A model generated the notes under the pieces. It saw only the letters and a list, made by a program, of their open reading frames with translations. It made no database searches and was not told the DNA's origin. Positions 39,022 to 53,513 of a DNA stretch of 64,000 nucleotides are shown in pieces. The stretch's first letter is position 1, and the number at the start of each line of letters is the position of its first letter. Position numbers and translations under genes: made by a program. The DNA is from Geosiphon pyriformis uo1 (taxonomy: Eukaryota > Fungi > Glomeromycota): positions 1-64,000 of the forward strand of contig JAAOMT010000176.1 in assembly GCA_016748015.1 (NCBI GenBank). Direction: 5' to 3'.

Positions 39022-39613
39022 GTAATTTGGCAAGGTTACAATTTAATATAAATAAATGATGATTAAGAATTGATTTAAATAATTTATATAAAGAAATTAT
39101 GATTAAAGAAGTTAAATTTAATAACAAAAAAAAATTTATTTTATAAAATTGGTAAATTATTATTATTATTATTATTATTATTATTGCAAAAAATTTAAAA
39201 TTTATCAAGTAAATTTTAATATTTTATATCGTATTATGATATTAAATTAATATCTTAAAATTTCTTAATATATTTTATTAATTTTTATCTTTTTATTTAT
39301 CAAGATTAAAATATATATATATATAATTTTTAAATTGTAAGATTTTAAAATTTAAAACTAATATTAAAAAATATTTTGATAAATATATTAAAAATAAAAA
39401 TAAGAATAAGAATAAGAATAACCAAATTATAGATATTTTTAATAAAAAAAATTTTAAAAAAATTTTCGTTTTTTAAATTATTTTGATTATAATACAAACT
39501 CGTATTTGTTTTCTTTACACTGTTTTTTTCTGGTATTTCTTTTTCATAACTTATTTCTGTTTACAACATGATTCTTTATAAACATTAAAAATTTTTAAGA
39601 AAAAGGTTTTTGA

Positions 39614-39645
<32 letters not shown>

Positions 39646-40190
39646 CATGGAAACTTGAAATTTTTCAAATTATCTAAATCATGTGTCAAAAGAATAAGAA
39701 GAAGTAAAAGATTTCTTAGGTAATCATGCACAGTATTAAGATGGATTAACTACCGTAGTAGCCTTTGATATCCCCCGAAAATGCTATACATTGTTTTTTT
39801 TTCAAAACTTCAAACTAATTTATTATTTTGCAATTTCAGAAATGAAGTCCACGCATTTAGAAAAAAATTTATTTAAAATTAAATGTGGCCTTGGAAAAAA
39901 GACCGCGATTCCTAAATAATATGTGTTGTAACAAGACATAAAACATGCTTAGATGGAAAGAAGTAATGACTCTGAGAGGATTCTACTGTTTGATGAAAAA
40001 GGGATAGTTAAAAAAAAAAAAAAAGAAAAAGTGTTTGGCTATAAAATACACTTTTCCCAAAATAAAATTGTTTAAATAAATAAGAAATTCTAACTGCTGA
40101 GACGCGACAAACAGTAAAAATCATAATTAAATGATCCGTCATCTGAATAAAGCCAAAAAATTAAATCGACCTGGCGTTTAATGATATTCC

Positions 40191-41812
40191 ATGAACTCAT
40201 TAAGCTATACTTCCATCCCAGCTATTTCTGTGTCAACAGAATCTCCAATTTCAGTGGCAGGAACCGAATTCTCAACACTGGAATCTTTTCTTCAGTGGGC
40301 GAAAGGCAAGAAAAGACTTTTTAGTGACACATTTGAGAAATTTTAAAAACTAACGAAATAGACTTTTTGTGGTCATTCAAAACTTGTACCGTCTCTCACT
40401 ACTTAGGACATGGAATCGTGTCTACTTCTACTGCCGTAAAACAAGTTCCTGACAAAGGTTTAGGCATCGTTAGTACAACTCCCCTGTTCCGTGACAACTC
40501 CTCTATAGTATCTGTACCATCTACCGTGTTGATTAACGCGTCCAAAGTTGGGAAATACGCAAAAGAAAACGCTCCAAAGCTTGAAAGCTTCTATCAAGCT
40601 CTATTGAGAGATGGAATATCGCTGACCGAGCGAAATGTTCTTGTATCGTTCATATTGTACGAACTCATTGGACGTCCCTCTATTGGAGACTCCACTTCAC
40701 AGGCCTCCATTTGGAAACCTTATTTAGAAATCCTACCAAAGGAATTGCATACTCCAGTTTTTTACAATAAAACACTGAAATCTTGTCTTGATGGAACTAG
40801 TATAAATTCCGCGGTAGATTCCAAACTAAATAAATTAAGACGTGATTATGAAACTCTAAAACCTTACTTCAACAAATGGACCACATCACCACCTACACTG
40901 CAGCCCGGTGCCGCTTCAGTTAATGATGTCGTTACTTTCGAAGACTTTAAATGGGCTGATGGAGTCTTTTGGTCGCGGGTAATTTCATTTGGTAGTAGGT
41001 TTAACATTTTAGCTATTGAAAAAAGCCTGAGCGAAGCTGATCTTGATGATTACCACATGGTGCCTTATATTGATATCGCTAATCATTCATTGACTCCATT
41101 GGCGCGTTGGGAGGTAACGCCTGAAGGGCTTGAATTGATATTAACAAAAACAACCAATCCAGAGCCGATACCAGCTGAAACCGAAATACGTATTTCTTAT
41201 GGGGAAAAACCTAACTCGGAATTGTTATTCTTACATGGTTTCGCTTTAAGAGATAATCCATGGTCGGCAATATCTATTCCCGTTCCTTTTTTTGACGAAG
41301 ACCCAATTGTTGATGAAAAATTAATGTTCATGAAATTTCACGGAATTAACTCTTTGGTCTCCTTATCACGTAAGAATGATGGTGTAGACTTGCCACATGA
41401 AGCAAACCGTGCAATGTGGCTATGCGTATTAAATGAAGATGATGGTCTAAAAATCACCCCATCCCTTATTAATAAGTCTCAGCCCGTAGAGCTTGCTATT
41501 GAAGATAAAGTGATACACAACATAGAGACTTTAGACAAAACCATTCAAGCTTTAGACTATTTTCCTGTCATTGAATTACGTGTTATGACTATGATCTTGA
41601 GTACTGTTGAAGACCTCCTATCCAATTTGAGCCATACAAATGAGCAGGTACTCAAAGTGATGGAAACTGTAAATTCACGTGAAATGGAATATTTAAGAAT
41701 TTATCGAGAAGATGAGCACCGGTTTTTGAGGTTTGCCATTCAAGAATTTACCAGAAAACGGGATGTTCTCATGGATAACGATATAGTAAAGAGATATTTG
41801 CAGATGGAATAA
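40191..41812 (+). CDS. SET-domain protein lysine methyltransferase (Rubisco-LSMT/SETD3/RKM-like); exons 40191-40305 and 40407-41812
   Basis: FLQWAKGHG, KGLGIV, WKPYLEILP, FKWADGVFWSR, MVPYIDIANHS and EIRISYGEKPNSELLFLHGF. Confidence 0.92.
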
Positions 41813-42901
41813 AATTCCTATTTATTGCATAACAATGATTTAGAATATTCCTACTTGGTATTAATCTGATAACCGATTCATTTAGTTGTTTTCACCTAAA
41901 AAATGGACATGTAATCTAAGAGCATTAATTAAATTTCTTCAGTGATTCACAAGTTGGTCTCAAATTATGTCACACAAGCATGGTGAACAGATCCAATTCC
42001 TGGACGAATGAGCCTAGCGTCAAAGAAATCTTCAAAAAGAAACATATATATTTAATTTTGTCGTCAAAGATGATCCCATATTAAGTCTAACATGTATGCT
42101 AATGGAGGAACCTGTACTATAGATAGTATCTAGATACCGTAATCTAAAAATTTTCAATGCATATGTGGATAATTTCCCCGAAATGCTATTGGTGCAATTT
42201 CTCAAATTTTTCTTTCAAAGAGATTCTAACACCAATCGATCATAAAGAAATCCATAAAGAGCGAAATAAAATCAAGAACCTTGAACGACCAATCTCGAAA
42301 TCATCTGGCCTCCTTTTTCGCCCTCCTGTGAAAAAGTCGTAAAAATTCAACTCTCGCAGTTTCTTAAAGAATTGATTTGAATTTATTTTGCCTCCTAATT
42401 ACCTATATAGCTCTTATGTAAGGGCCCGGTTCTACCTCTCTTCGGTTCCAATGGCATTCTGGTAGTGCACTATTTGAAATTTACTCCACTTGTAATATAT
42501 CCTTGCGGCCTTATCTCCGATTTTGATCATCAAATGGAAGTTTGAATTTTGTATTCAATCATGTCAATCAGACATTAAATTGCCCGCTACCTCTTATCTG
42601 ATCATATTGAAGAAACCTTCCCTTTTTGAAAACTTGATTAATTTTTTTTGTAATTATAGAATTAATTAATCCCACCTTAAATCGATACAATATCAAGATA
42701 AAATAATTTTCTGGTTATGTAAATCTTGATACTCAATTCGAATAATCTAAACTAAAGAAATTCCCAAATGTGCATAAAATTTAAGTAGCAATAAAAAAAA
42801 TGGAAAAGAACATTTCTTTCTGCCAATTTGCAATTAACACTCATCTTATTGGAACAGAATTTGTTGAATCCCTCTCCAAAAACCTTTTCGGCGGATGATT
42901 C

Positions 42902-43544
42902 TTAACCAGGTCCAACCTTTCGAATAAGAGAAATTTGTTAAAATAAATGCATAAAATGCTTGTATTTGAGACAATATTAAGTGTACCTTTGGAATATCGT
43001 AATGCTCAGTCATTTCTTCGAGTTTTCGGTTGAGTTCCTGAAGTAAATTCAGGTATGAGTCCGAAAACTTTTTTTTTTTCAAAATGCAGAATGTGGATAA
43101 TGCTGAATACATACCGCAACACGTTCTTTATGAGACTTCTGAGCAGCTTTCACAACCTTTTCGTCCAACTGTATAACAAACCATAAGTTGAACGTTAATT
43201 CTTAAAAACTTAAAGTTTTTTTAGAAAGAACGAAAGGAATAATTACTCTTTTACGCTGAATCTCTTCAAATTTCAATTCTGCCTGGGTTTTTGTTACAAC
43301 TCGGATCGGCTGCTGTTTTTCCTGTGAACTAAGGTCTTGGGCGAGTGAAATTAGTTTTTCCTTTTCTTTGAAAGATTTCTTCTTTTTCCTCAAGTGAAAA
43401 GATAATTCATTTAAAAGATGAGAGCAGGAGAAAAAAATCAAAGAGAAAAGATCTGAGATCTATATTGGTGCAGTACTTTTTAATCTTGGACGAGTCGCCT
43501 TTTAGTTTGAGCGCCCCTCCAGCGACGTTGTCGTAGTCAGACAT
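42902..43544 (-). CDS. FAM32A: FAM32A / DUF1754 family small nuclear protein (multi-exon)
   Basis: Spliced MSDYDNVAGGALKLKG...KTQAELKFEEIQRKRLDEKVVKAAQKSHKERVAELNRKLEEMTEHYDIPKVGPG*. Confidence 0.9.
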
Positions 43545-43649
43545 CTGGAGTATTTGGATTTTCCAGACATGGACAATTTTCGATTTAATTTATTAAAAAT
43601 TAACTTTATTAGGATACATGTGTATTATGTGAATTTCATTTTATTTTAT

Positions 43650-45248
43650 TAATCAAGAATTCTAATCGTTAAATGAATTAATTTTAAAGTCAATATAGAT
43701 TTAGAATTATAATGTAATTATTAATTTCATAGTTTTTAGATGTAAATAATAAATAAATTATACTCAATAAAATATTCAAAAATGGTATCAAGTTATTTTA
43801 AAATATGTTTATACATAATTGAAATAATCATATTTTATTTCTCAACTTTTAAATTTTGTGAATTTTATTTTTAAACATCTTAAATTTAATAATAATAATA
43901 TCAATATCAATATCAACAACAATAATAATAATATCAATATCAACAACAACAATAATAATAAATTAAAATTAAAATTAAAATTATTTTGATACCATTTTTG
44001 TTTCAAAACTTAATTAATAAGAATAGTTTCTTAACTTAAGTTACAATTAATTAACAATTTTGAAATTATTTATTTGTAAATAATTGGTTTAAAAATTAGT
44101 AATAATTAAAAATTTGGTTTTAAATAATTATATAATATAATATAATATTTATATAATATTTGCAATTTTATAATTATACTCAAAATAATTATTATGATAT
44201 ATATATAATATTTAAAAATAAAACATAAAAAAAAAATAATTTTAAAAAACAATTTACTTTTTTATATTTTATTTATTATTTAATACAAATTTATGTTTAT
44301 AAAAATTCAAAAAATTATAATTTTGTAATATTTTAATTATTGTATATATTTTATTTTTAAAAAATAATATCTGAATAAGTTTTAGCAACTGGACTGCACT
44401 CGTTAAATTAAAAAAAAATAAGCTTTTTAAACATAAAATTTTGAGTTTATAAATTCTGAAATAAAAATTTTTGAATTTATTCTTTTATTTAATTAGACTA
44501 AAAATCAATTTAATAAAATTTTTTTTGGTTAAAATTGTTAAAATATTAATTAAATATTACTTATCTTTGAATAATATTGTTGTAAATATGGTTATTAACT
44601 ATACAGAAAAGTTTTTATTCAAAATTTTTTGGAAAAACTAATTATTTTTTAGTTGTAAAATAATTAAAATAATTTAATATAAGTTTTTATTAATTAGTTT
44701 ATAAATAAAAAAAGTTTGATTTTTAATTAAATATTAAAAAAACTTGATTTTTATAGATTAATATCTGTATAATTTATAATATAAAAAATAATTATGTATT
44801 ATTTGGTTTTTTAATTATAATTTTTTTTTAATTTGGTTTATAATTTAAGTATTAAAATTACAGATAACAAAAGTTATTTCTTTTTTTTTACATTCTAAAT
44901 TCTTAAAAAAGTGTTTTATTTTAAAAAAAAAAAAATTGTTTTTGTTTATTTTTATTATTTAATTAAATACTTTAAAAATTTTTTTGTTTGAATACAAAGC
45001 TATTAATATTAACAATAATTTAGTATAAAAAAATCCAAAAAAAAATTTAGTGCTAAATTTGTAATTTTAAATTTGTCTATTAAGAAAAAATACAAAGATA
45101 ATGTTTTAAAAAATTTTTTTGTTAAAACTAATGTTAAAATATCTTAGAAATTATTTAAAACTAGTGGAATAATTAGTTTAAATATTAATAATAATATTAA
45201 AACTAAGAGTATAAATATAGATAAAGAGTTTTTAATTAAAAAAACCAG
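43650..45248. other. AT-rich decayed repeat relic (possibly non-LTR element)
   Basis: Very low GC with coding-like texture but no assignable motif. Confidence 0.3.
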
Positions 45249-47059
45249 TATTACAAGTAATTATTTGGAATGTTAAAACAAATAACAAACCTGTAACTTG
45301 GTGCCTAATACTTGTTAATAATGATAATTTCTGAAAGTTTTGGAGTTTAAAAGTTTTGGTTGAGTTTTTTGTATAATAAACAGAGATTCAATTAATAATT
45401 TTTTCTTCAATTTCTGTTTTTAGCATAATGGTTAGTTTATTCTGGCAATTATATCCTTCTGGTAAGCTATTCTTAAGTTTCTACTCTTGTTTTACAGGTT
45501 TTTTACCAGACTATTTTTGATGTCAATTATTTAGTGCTTAATTTCTGAATTAATTAATAAACAATAAAGAAAACAAAACAAAACAAAATAAAATAAAATA
45601 AAAATAAAAAATTAATATTCTGTTAATAGTTATAATTAAGAACTATTGATCTAATATAATTAAGTATTAAATTCTATCAACATAGATTGTTGATAGTATA
45701 GAAATAATTAATATTTTTTAATCAAGTAATGTAAATATAAATTTGGATAATAATAAATATTTTTATTGATATAAATATAATTCTATTTCAAGTTATAAAA
45801 AACTATTTTTTGAAAAGAAAAGTATTGAATAGTTACTTATATTTAACTATTGTTTTGTTTGCTAAAATTGTTTTTTTCTGTTTTTAATACTCTTACTATA
45901 TATATATAATTCATATTATATGAGATTTTTTGAAATTTTTTAATTTCTTTAAAAAAAATATTAAAATTCTGAAATTCTGAAATTCTGTAATTTTTTAAGA
46001 GAAATCTTAAAATTCTGCAATTTTTTAAAAAAAATTCTGGAATTTTTTTTTTATTACACTTTTTTCTTATTGGTTATTTTTTTATTTATTATAATTCTTA
46101 TTTCTATAAATAATAATATTTTTTTTTTTAATATTAAGCTTTTTTAAATTTTTTTTGAATTAATTCCATTACTTTTTTTTCTAAAATTACTTGGACAATT
46201 TTGGTTTGTAATTTTTTAAATTGAATATTGGTAATTTTTTCTAATTAATTAATAATTACTGTATTAATTATTAGATATAGCAATATTTCTGAACAGTTCT
46301 GAAATCCTGTTTGTAACTAGTAGATTGCTTATATCTATGTAAATAGATTGTTTTTTTTTTACAAATTGTTTTATTTATTACAATATTGTTGTGTTAAATA
46401 TCTGTTTTGTTTTATTTATATATAAGTTTTGGATATTAAGCTTTTGTTCTAAGTAGTAATAGCAAAAGTTTTTAGAAAATTGTTGTGTTTACTATTTCCA
46501 ATTTTTTTTCATTAATTTTTTATATAATACTATTATTTTTGGTAGTTTTAATAACATTTTTACTTTTGCTATCATATTTTCTACTATGTTTTTAGGCTTT
46601 ACATATATTTTATATTGTATTTTATATTAAAGTTTTGATTTTTTTTTGTGTTTTTGTATTAAATAGTTTGTTAATTAATTGTAATTTTTATGTTTAGTTT
46701 TTGATGTTTGATGAATTAGAATAATTGTTAGGCTAAAAAGTAAATATTGTCTGTAATTTTCATTTTTTCTGTTGTTTTTGTCATATGTATTGGTTTTTTA
46801 TATACTGTTCTAATAAATTAATTTAATATGTTTGTGTCAATAATTATAATTGGTTTTAAATCTTATAAAATCTTATTGGGTTGAACTAGTATTTGTTGTA
46901 CTTCTAGTTATAGAATGTTATTGGTAGATAATAATAATATTATATTATAGTATAGTTTTAATTAATTATTATATATTGCTTTAATTAAGATTTAGTTATT
47001 CTATTTTAACTTATATGTTCTATTTTCCAGAATTTTTTCAATATAAAATGAACTATTCT
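45249..47059 (-). mobile_element. Decayed Gypsy 3' end: 3' LTR family A (45249-46115), PPT relic, accessory-ORF relic and integrase C-terminus
   Basis: LTR homology to 5287-6166. Minus-strand KIL*DLKPIIII (~46845-46875) and FYIEKILEN (GPF region) match the integrase tail of copy 2. Confidence 0.7.
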
Positions 47060-49510
47060 TAGAGTTTTAATTAAACTAAATTAAACTAAACCAATTTTTC
47101 AAAGTAAATTTAATTTAAATTTAATATTGAATTTTTTTGATAAGTCTGAGTTTGGTTTAAGTTTGGTTTAAAATTTATAAATTTGTTCAAGTTCAATAAA
47201 ATTAAAAAAAATATAATTTGTATTACTTATTTATTAATTATTACTTTATTTAATTATTATAATTAATTAAAGAAATATATAAAACTATATATATATAACA
47301 ATTTTACTTTCTAACTTACCAAAATAAATTTATTGCTAGTATTATTTAATGTTATCAAAGATTTAAAATCTGAAATAACAAAATTTGATAATTCAAATAG
47401 TTCAAATATTAATATATTTAGTAAACATGGTTTTTAGAGTAAAATATAAAACTATTTTGATAAATTTGAGTAAACAAAAAAAAAACAGTTAAATATATAG
47501 TTTTAAAATGTGTATATAAATCATTTTTTTGTAGAATTATAAGTACTACCAAATCCTTATAGCACTATTTAAAAACTTTTCACTAGACAGTATATATTAC
47601 AACAAAAGAATATTATAAAAAAAGACAAAATGTTTAAAAAAAGTATAAATTAATTGAAAAAGTGTTTCAATAAATGTGATTAATATTTTTTTTATGATTT
47701 TTGACCAATTTAACTAGAAAACTGCTCTAGTTTTTTGTAGTAACTGTTATTGACATTGATAATAAAAAACTTTGTAATATAATTACTATTTGGTTTATCA
47801 ATTACCAATAACCACTTCTTATAGTAAAAGACTTTAAATTAATCAAAATATTTCAATATTTGAACTTTATTTCTTAATTTATTTATGGTGATACAATTAA
47901 GAATAGAATTATAGAACTCTATGTCTTAAATAAACAAAAATTAAAAGTAAATACTATTTTTATTATAAAATGCTCTTTTTTTTACTTATATTTATAATAT
48001 AATAGACATACTTAAGTACTATTAAATTCAAAATTTTTTTTACATTAAATCTCTAAACATCTCTTAATAACAAAGTTTTTGTTTTCATTATTATTTATTA
48101 TATTAATAACAATTAGAATCTTTAACAAAAAATAATTGATTTTGGATTAATAAATAGATAACATAATAAAATAAATATTGTGAACAGGTTTTTTAAAATA
48201 TTAAAAGATTATAAAATTATATCAAAAATATGTATATATATTCTTGTATAAATTTGGATTAGTTAATAGCCAATTATGTAATTGGCATATCATGTAATAT
48301 ATTAGTATTATCTAAGACTCAAAATTACTATAATGTCTATATTATTAAAAATTGTATTTTCTTAATATTAGCTTAAATTGGTTTTTATTATTACTCCAAA
48401 GCTAAATTTTTGATATTAGTATTATCTAAAACTTTGAATTACTACAGTGCTCATATCATTGAAAATTATATTTTCTTAATGTTAACTTAAGTTAGTTTTT
48501 ATCATTGTTTCAAAGCTGAATTTTTGGCATTAGTATTATTTAAGACTTAAAGTTATCACAGTGTCTATATTATTGAAAACCACATTTTTTTAATATTAGC
48601 TTAAGTAGTTTTTATTATTATTTTAAGCCGAATTTTTAGCCAAAAAGTTTAAAAAAAAGTTATACTTATTTTTTTTTATATAAGTTAACTATTAATTTTA
48701 TTAGTTATAGCCTAATTTTTTTTCAACAGCTTTTTATTATTATCTTTAATAATACTACAAATAATAGTACTTTTGTAAGAAAGTTAATAAAAAAATTAAA
48801 AGAGAAAAACATTTAATAAAACTTAAAGAATCTTCAATTTTAATGCTTTGATTATATTTTAAACTTAATAGTACAAATAGTTTTAGATAAAATAAAAGAG
48901 AATGTTTTTAAGATATTTGTTAAAAACCCAAACCAAATATATTTATCTAAAATTTTTTTAATATAAACTTTGTATAAATTAAAAATTAGGAAACTTAACT
49001 CTGCAATTCATACTTTGTTTCAATATTTTGAATTTTTTGAATGCACCTGTAATACATATTAAATTAAATACTATAAACTTATTCTGGATTGTTTCATTCA
49101 GTGGAATTCTACTTATAACATGGTCAAAAATAGGTTATCTCTTAAATTAGCAAGTTATTTATTTCTAATTTTATATATTTTGAATATAAAAATTTTATTT
49201 GTAAATTTATAGGCATTAAACATTCTTATTAGCACTTATATTAATCTCTATTAATATATTATTTCACATGATTAGTGGATTGTCTTTGATAAAATTGCTA
49301 ATTTCTTAAATTATTTAAAATATTATAATCAAAATATCAACCAATTTAAATAATACTGCCTTCTTAATTATTTTTCTCTTTAATATTATTCTTAATTATA
49401 TCAAAAACACAATTGATAATAATAAATCTAATAAAGCATTATAATTTTGATTGTATTTATTTAGTTATTTATTTAATACATTTAATATTAGATCTATTAT
49501 TTGTTATAAT
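47060..49510 (+). mobile_element. Decayed hAT-superfamily DNA transposon (BED finger and transposase), inserted in the Gypsy relic
   Basis: Starts TAGAG with subterminal aaac(t/c) repeats. BED-like SKI*NYFDKF (~47440) and KLILDCFIQWNSTYNMV (~49075-49125), matching hAT DxxTRWNSTyxM. Confidence 0.72.
48301..48641. repeat. Three tandem 114-bp repeats
   Basis: Units start attagtatta at 48301, 48415 and 48529. Confidence 0.9.
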
Positions 49511-49512
49511 GA

Positions 49513-49950
49513 TGTTATAGATAATTATTTAGGATGTTGATACAAATAACAAACCTGTAACTTAGTGCTTAATAGCTTAATAATGTTGGTAATATCTGAA
49601 AATTTTGGTAATCTAAAGGTTTTTGTATCTGAAAATTTTGGGTTGAAGTCTTTTGTATAATGAACAGAAATTCAATAGTTGTTTTTAGTAGCCTTCTAAA
49701 ATAATTATTCTGTCAAATTTTTTTTTTCAGTGTGATGGCCAGTTTATTTTGACAGTTATGCCCTTTTGGTAAGTTATCTATTAATTTATAAATTTTATAT
49801 TCTTATTTCTGAGTCTTTTACCAGACTATTTTTGACATCAATTACTCAAAACTTAATTTTTTTAATCTATTAATAAGTTAATACAACAAAATAAAATAAA
49901 AAAAATAAAAAATTAGTATTCTGTTAATAGCCATGATTAAAAGTTATTGT
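49513..49950 (-). repeat. Partial LTR family A
   Basis: Starts tgttatagataattattt; colinear with other family A LTRs. Confidence 0.7.
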
Positions 49951-49954
49951 TAAG

Positions 49955-52900
49955 TTTTTACTATTTACTTTTAAAACATGTTTTTTATAATTAAGAATTA
50001 GTTAGTAAAAGCTTTTAATTATCTCAAATAATAATTTATTAAAGCTTTAATTAATATATCTAGACTTTAATAAAAAATTTATTGTAGTCACAAATGTATT
50101 TAAAAATGTTCTTAAAACTATTTTATCTCAAATTGAATCTAATAATTAAAAATATTCTATTGCTTATGTTAATTATAGCACCAGTATAACTGAAAAAATA
50201 TATAACACCACAAATTTAGAATATTTTACTATTTATTAAACCATACAAAACTAGAGACATTATCTTTACTGACTATTTAATCTGTATATAAATTATAAAA
50301 AATTAATTTGATTGCTTAACAAATTTCAATTAAAAAAAAATATATATAAAATAGAGTACTTATTTTCAATAATTTCTATACAAAGTACATTACAAAAAAA
50401 AAACTAAAAACACCAATATTAACAGTCTATTAAGAATAATTTAAATTTAATATTGTGCTAATAAACATACTTTACCTATTAATAATTATATTAATATTTG
50501 TTAACATTTTAGTTCAAAAAAAACCATCTTAATAGAAACAAAGTACTATATAAAAACATATTTAAAACTACTTTATTTACAATAAATATTTATATTAATA
50601 GGAATACCAAAACCACAAAACATTATAATAAGTTATAAAAAATACAAAAAAAGAAACAATTTTGTTTAATATGTATTTTGATTCAACTATTAAACATTTT
50701 AATAAAAATGTTATTTTAAAAAAAACAATTAATTAATAATATATAAAAATATTTTTAAATATATTTACAATTATAATTCCTATTAAAAAAATAACAAAAT
50801 TATTTTAATATATTTTAATTAGAAATTTATTTAATAAAATTAAAATTAATTTGGTTAGATTTTTTTAAAAAAAATTAATATATTGTAATAGCTATATATA
50901 TCTTATAAAATGATTAAAAACCCAAATTATTCAAGTTGTAAATATCAAAACAACAGCTAAATTTATATATTAAGATCTGATTTATTAACATAAATATCCA
51001 AAAAAATTATTATTTGATCAAAAAACTTATTTTGTTAATAGTATTTTGATAGAGTTAAGCCAACAATTTAAAATAAAATAATTTTTGTTATTTTCATATT
51101 ATCTTTAAACAAACAGATTGATAAAAAAATTTAACCAAACATTATGTAAAACTTTAACAAAAATAAGTTACAAAAATATACAAAAATATAATTTATTTAT
51201 ATTTTTAATATTATTTGTATACTGAATATTAAAGCAAAATACTATCTAATTTACACTATTTATACTAATTTATAGAAAAAAAATCATATTGTTAATTGAA
51301 CTAAATTTTTTTTTAATAGAAACAATTATTAAAAATTTTTTGAAATAACCTTATACTAAAAAGCATATTAGCTTATAAAAAAATTAAAAAACAATTATAA
51401 AACAACAGTTAACAATATTTGTAATTCTTAAAATTGACAAAAAAAAATTAAAATAATTATTTACTTAATTAATCAATTAAATTCAAGATTAAAAATAAAA
51501 TATTATTATATTATAGAGTAAAAAATTTAATCTAAAATAGAATAAATTATTTTATATATACAAAATTCTTGGCAATAAAGCTTATAAACTATAATTAAAA
51601 AACAAAAATTTAAAAAAAGCTTTACATAAAAATTGTCTAAAACTTTATTATACAATACAAAAATTATCATTAATTATATTTTAACTAAGAACACAAATTC
51701 TATTAATCAAATTTGAAAATATTTTATAAGATTTAGAACCAATTATTATAATTGAATACAGCTTATATACAAAAATTTGAATTATATAAATTAAATATAT
51801 AAATACCAAAAAATAAAGAAAAAAAACTGCAAAAAAACTATACCTAATATAAACTTTTTAAACAAAGTTTTAAAACTTTTATAACAACTATTTAAAACTA
51901 TTTAACAATTTATAATATCAATAAAAATCACAATTAATAAAAAAGAGATATAATATAAAATTACAAACAAAAAAAAATAAGCAAAAATTCAATTAAAACT
52001 GAATATTCTTAGTCTTATATAGAATTAAAAGAAAAAAAAATACAACCATCTAAACAATAGAAAAAATTAAAGAAGTTTTAAACAATTTAACTATAAAATT
52101 AAATATTAAAAAATAGACACCAGAAATCTCTATAATATAAAAAAAAACTTCTATTAATATATTGGTTCTTTAAAATTGGCAAAAAATTAGATCTATAAAC
52201 ATTATATAAAAACAATAACAAATAAATATTCAACAAAAAAGAGCTAAAAAAAATAAAAAAATTTGTTAAAAAAAATAATCTAATACTATATTATAAAACA
52301 ACATATTAATTATACTTAATATTTAAATACTATTTAATCATACTATTAGACAATTTATTAAAGACTATTATAATTAATAACATTAAATAAATAATAAATT
52401 TCCAGTTTAAAAAATTACAAAAAGCAATATTTAACATAACAATTGAATATTATACTAAAAAAACCACTTTTAAAAATACATACAATTTTACAGAAGCTTA
52501 ATTCTAAAAGAAAAAAATAATATTATCTGAATAAAAAAACCAATTTAAAAACTATTAAAAAAACATAATTACTATATAATAATATAAAAAAAACATAATA
52601 ATATAAGATAAGATAAAATAATACAGAATAATGCAAAATAATTTAAAATAATACAAAATAATACACAATAACATAAAATAATACAGAATAACTAATAAAA
52701 ACATAGAAAAATTAATTATAATATAAAAAAATAAAGCAATAATTAAAATAGCAAGTAATAATTAATAATAATATACAATTGAAACCAATCTTATAAAATT
52801 AAAAAATATGTATAAAAATAAGTAGTTTTAATAAATAAAAAGAAAACATACCAAAATTCAATTAATATTATTATTTTATTTTTAATCTTATTAATTTTTT

Positions 52901-53513
52901 TATTTATTATATTTTAAATTTATTAAATAAAACATTATTGTTTAATTTACAAGTTAATAATTTAAATTTTTTAAACTGTTAAGACTTAATTAACTGTTTT
53001 TTACTTATTTTATTCCAAATCAAATGTTTTTAGCATAAATATTTTTGAAATTTTAACAACTTAAACCAATTATTTTTAATCATAACAATTAATAAAATAT
53101 TAATTTTTTATTTTTATTTTTTTATTTTCTCTTATAAAGCAGCAATATTAGAAATTAACTATCTAAAAATAGACTTTATAATAACTTTATAAAAAAGAGA
53201 AGTTTTCTTTAGATTTGAATATTAATTTTATTTTGTTAACTTATTAAAAAGACAAAAAAACAATATTAAATCTTAATAACTATGCTTATTAATTCAAAAA
53301 AAAATATAACTATAGCAATATAATTAAAGAAACAATATTTTTGTATCTTATAACAAAAAAACTTAATAAGTAGAACTTTAAACAGGAAAACCTTTAAAAA
53401 TTAATAACTTATAATATAATTAAAGCCAATTTATTTATTTTTTATACTGTTTTTAGTATTAAATCATGAATACTAAATATTACAATTATATTCTACCAAG
53501 TTTACTTATAACA
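49955..53513 (+). mobile_element. Extremely decayed Gypsy 3' half (RNase H, integrase, accessory-ORF relic, PPT, 3' LTR ~52521-53513)
   Basis: FIVVTNVFKNVLKTILSQ (RH, ~50078), PKKLLFDQKTYFVN (IN, ~51000), ENIL*DLEPIIIIE (~51715). A-rich PPT relic precedes tattat at 52521. Confidence 0.68.

Noticed and set aside
42290-42625. Possible snRNA/ncRNA in the relatively GC-rich SET-FAM32A intergenic region
   Set aside because: No U1/U2/U4/U5/U6 hallmark sequence recognised; an Infernal/Rfam scan would be needed.
48301-48641. CRISPR-like array
   Set aside because: The units are contiguous homologous repeats with no unique spacers, in a eukaryotic context with no cas genes.
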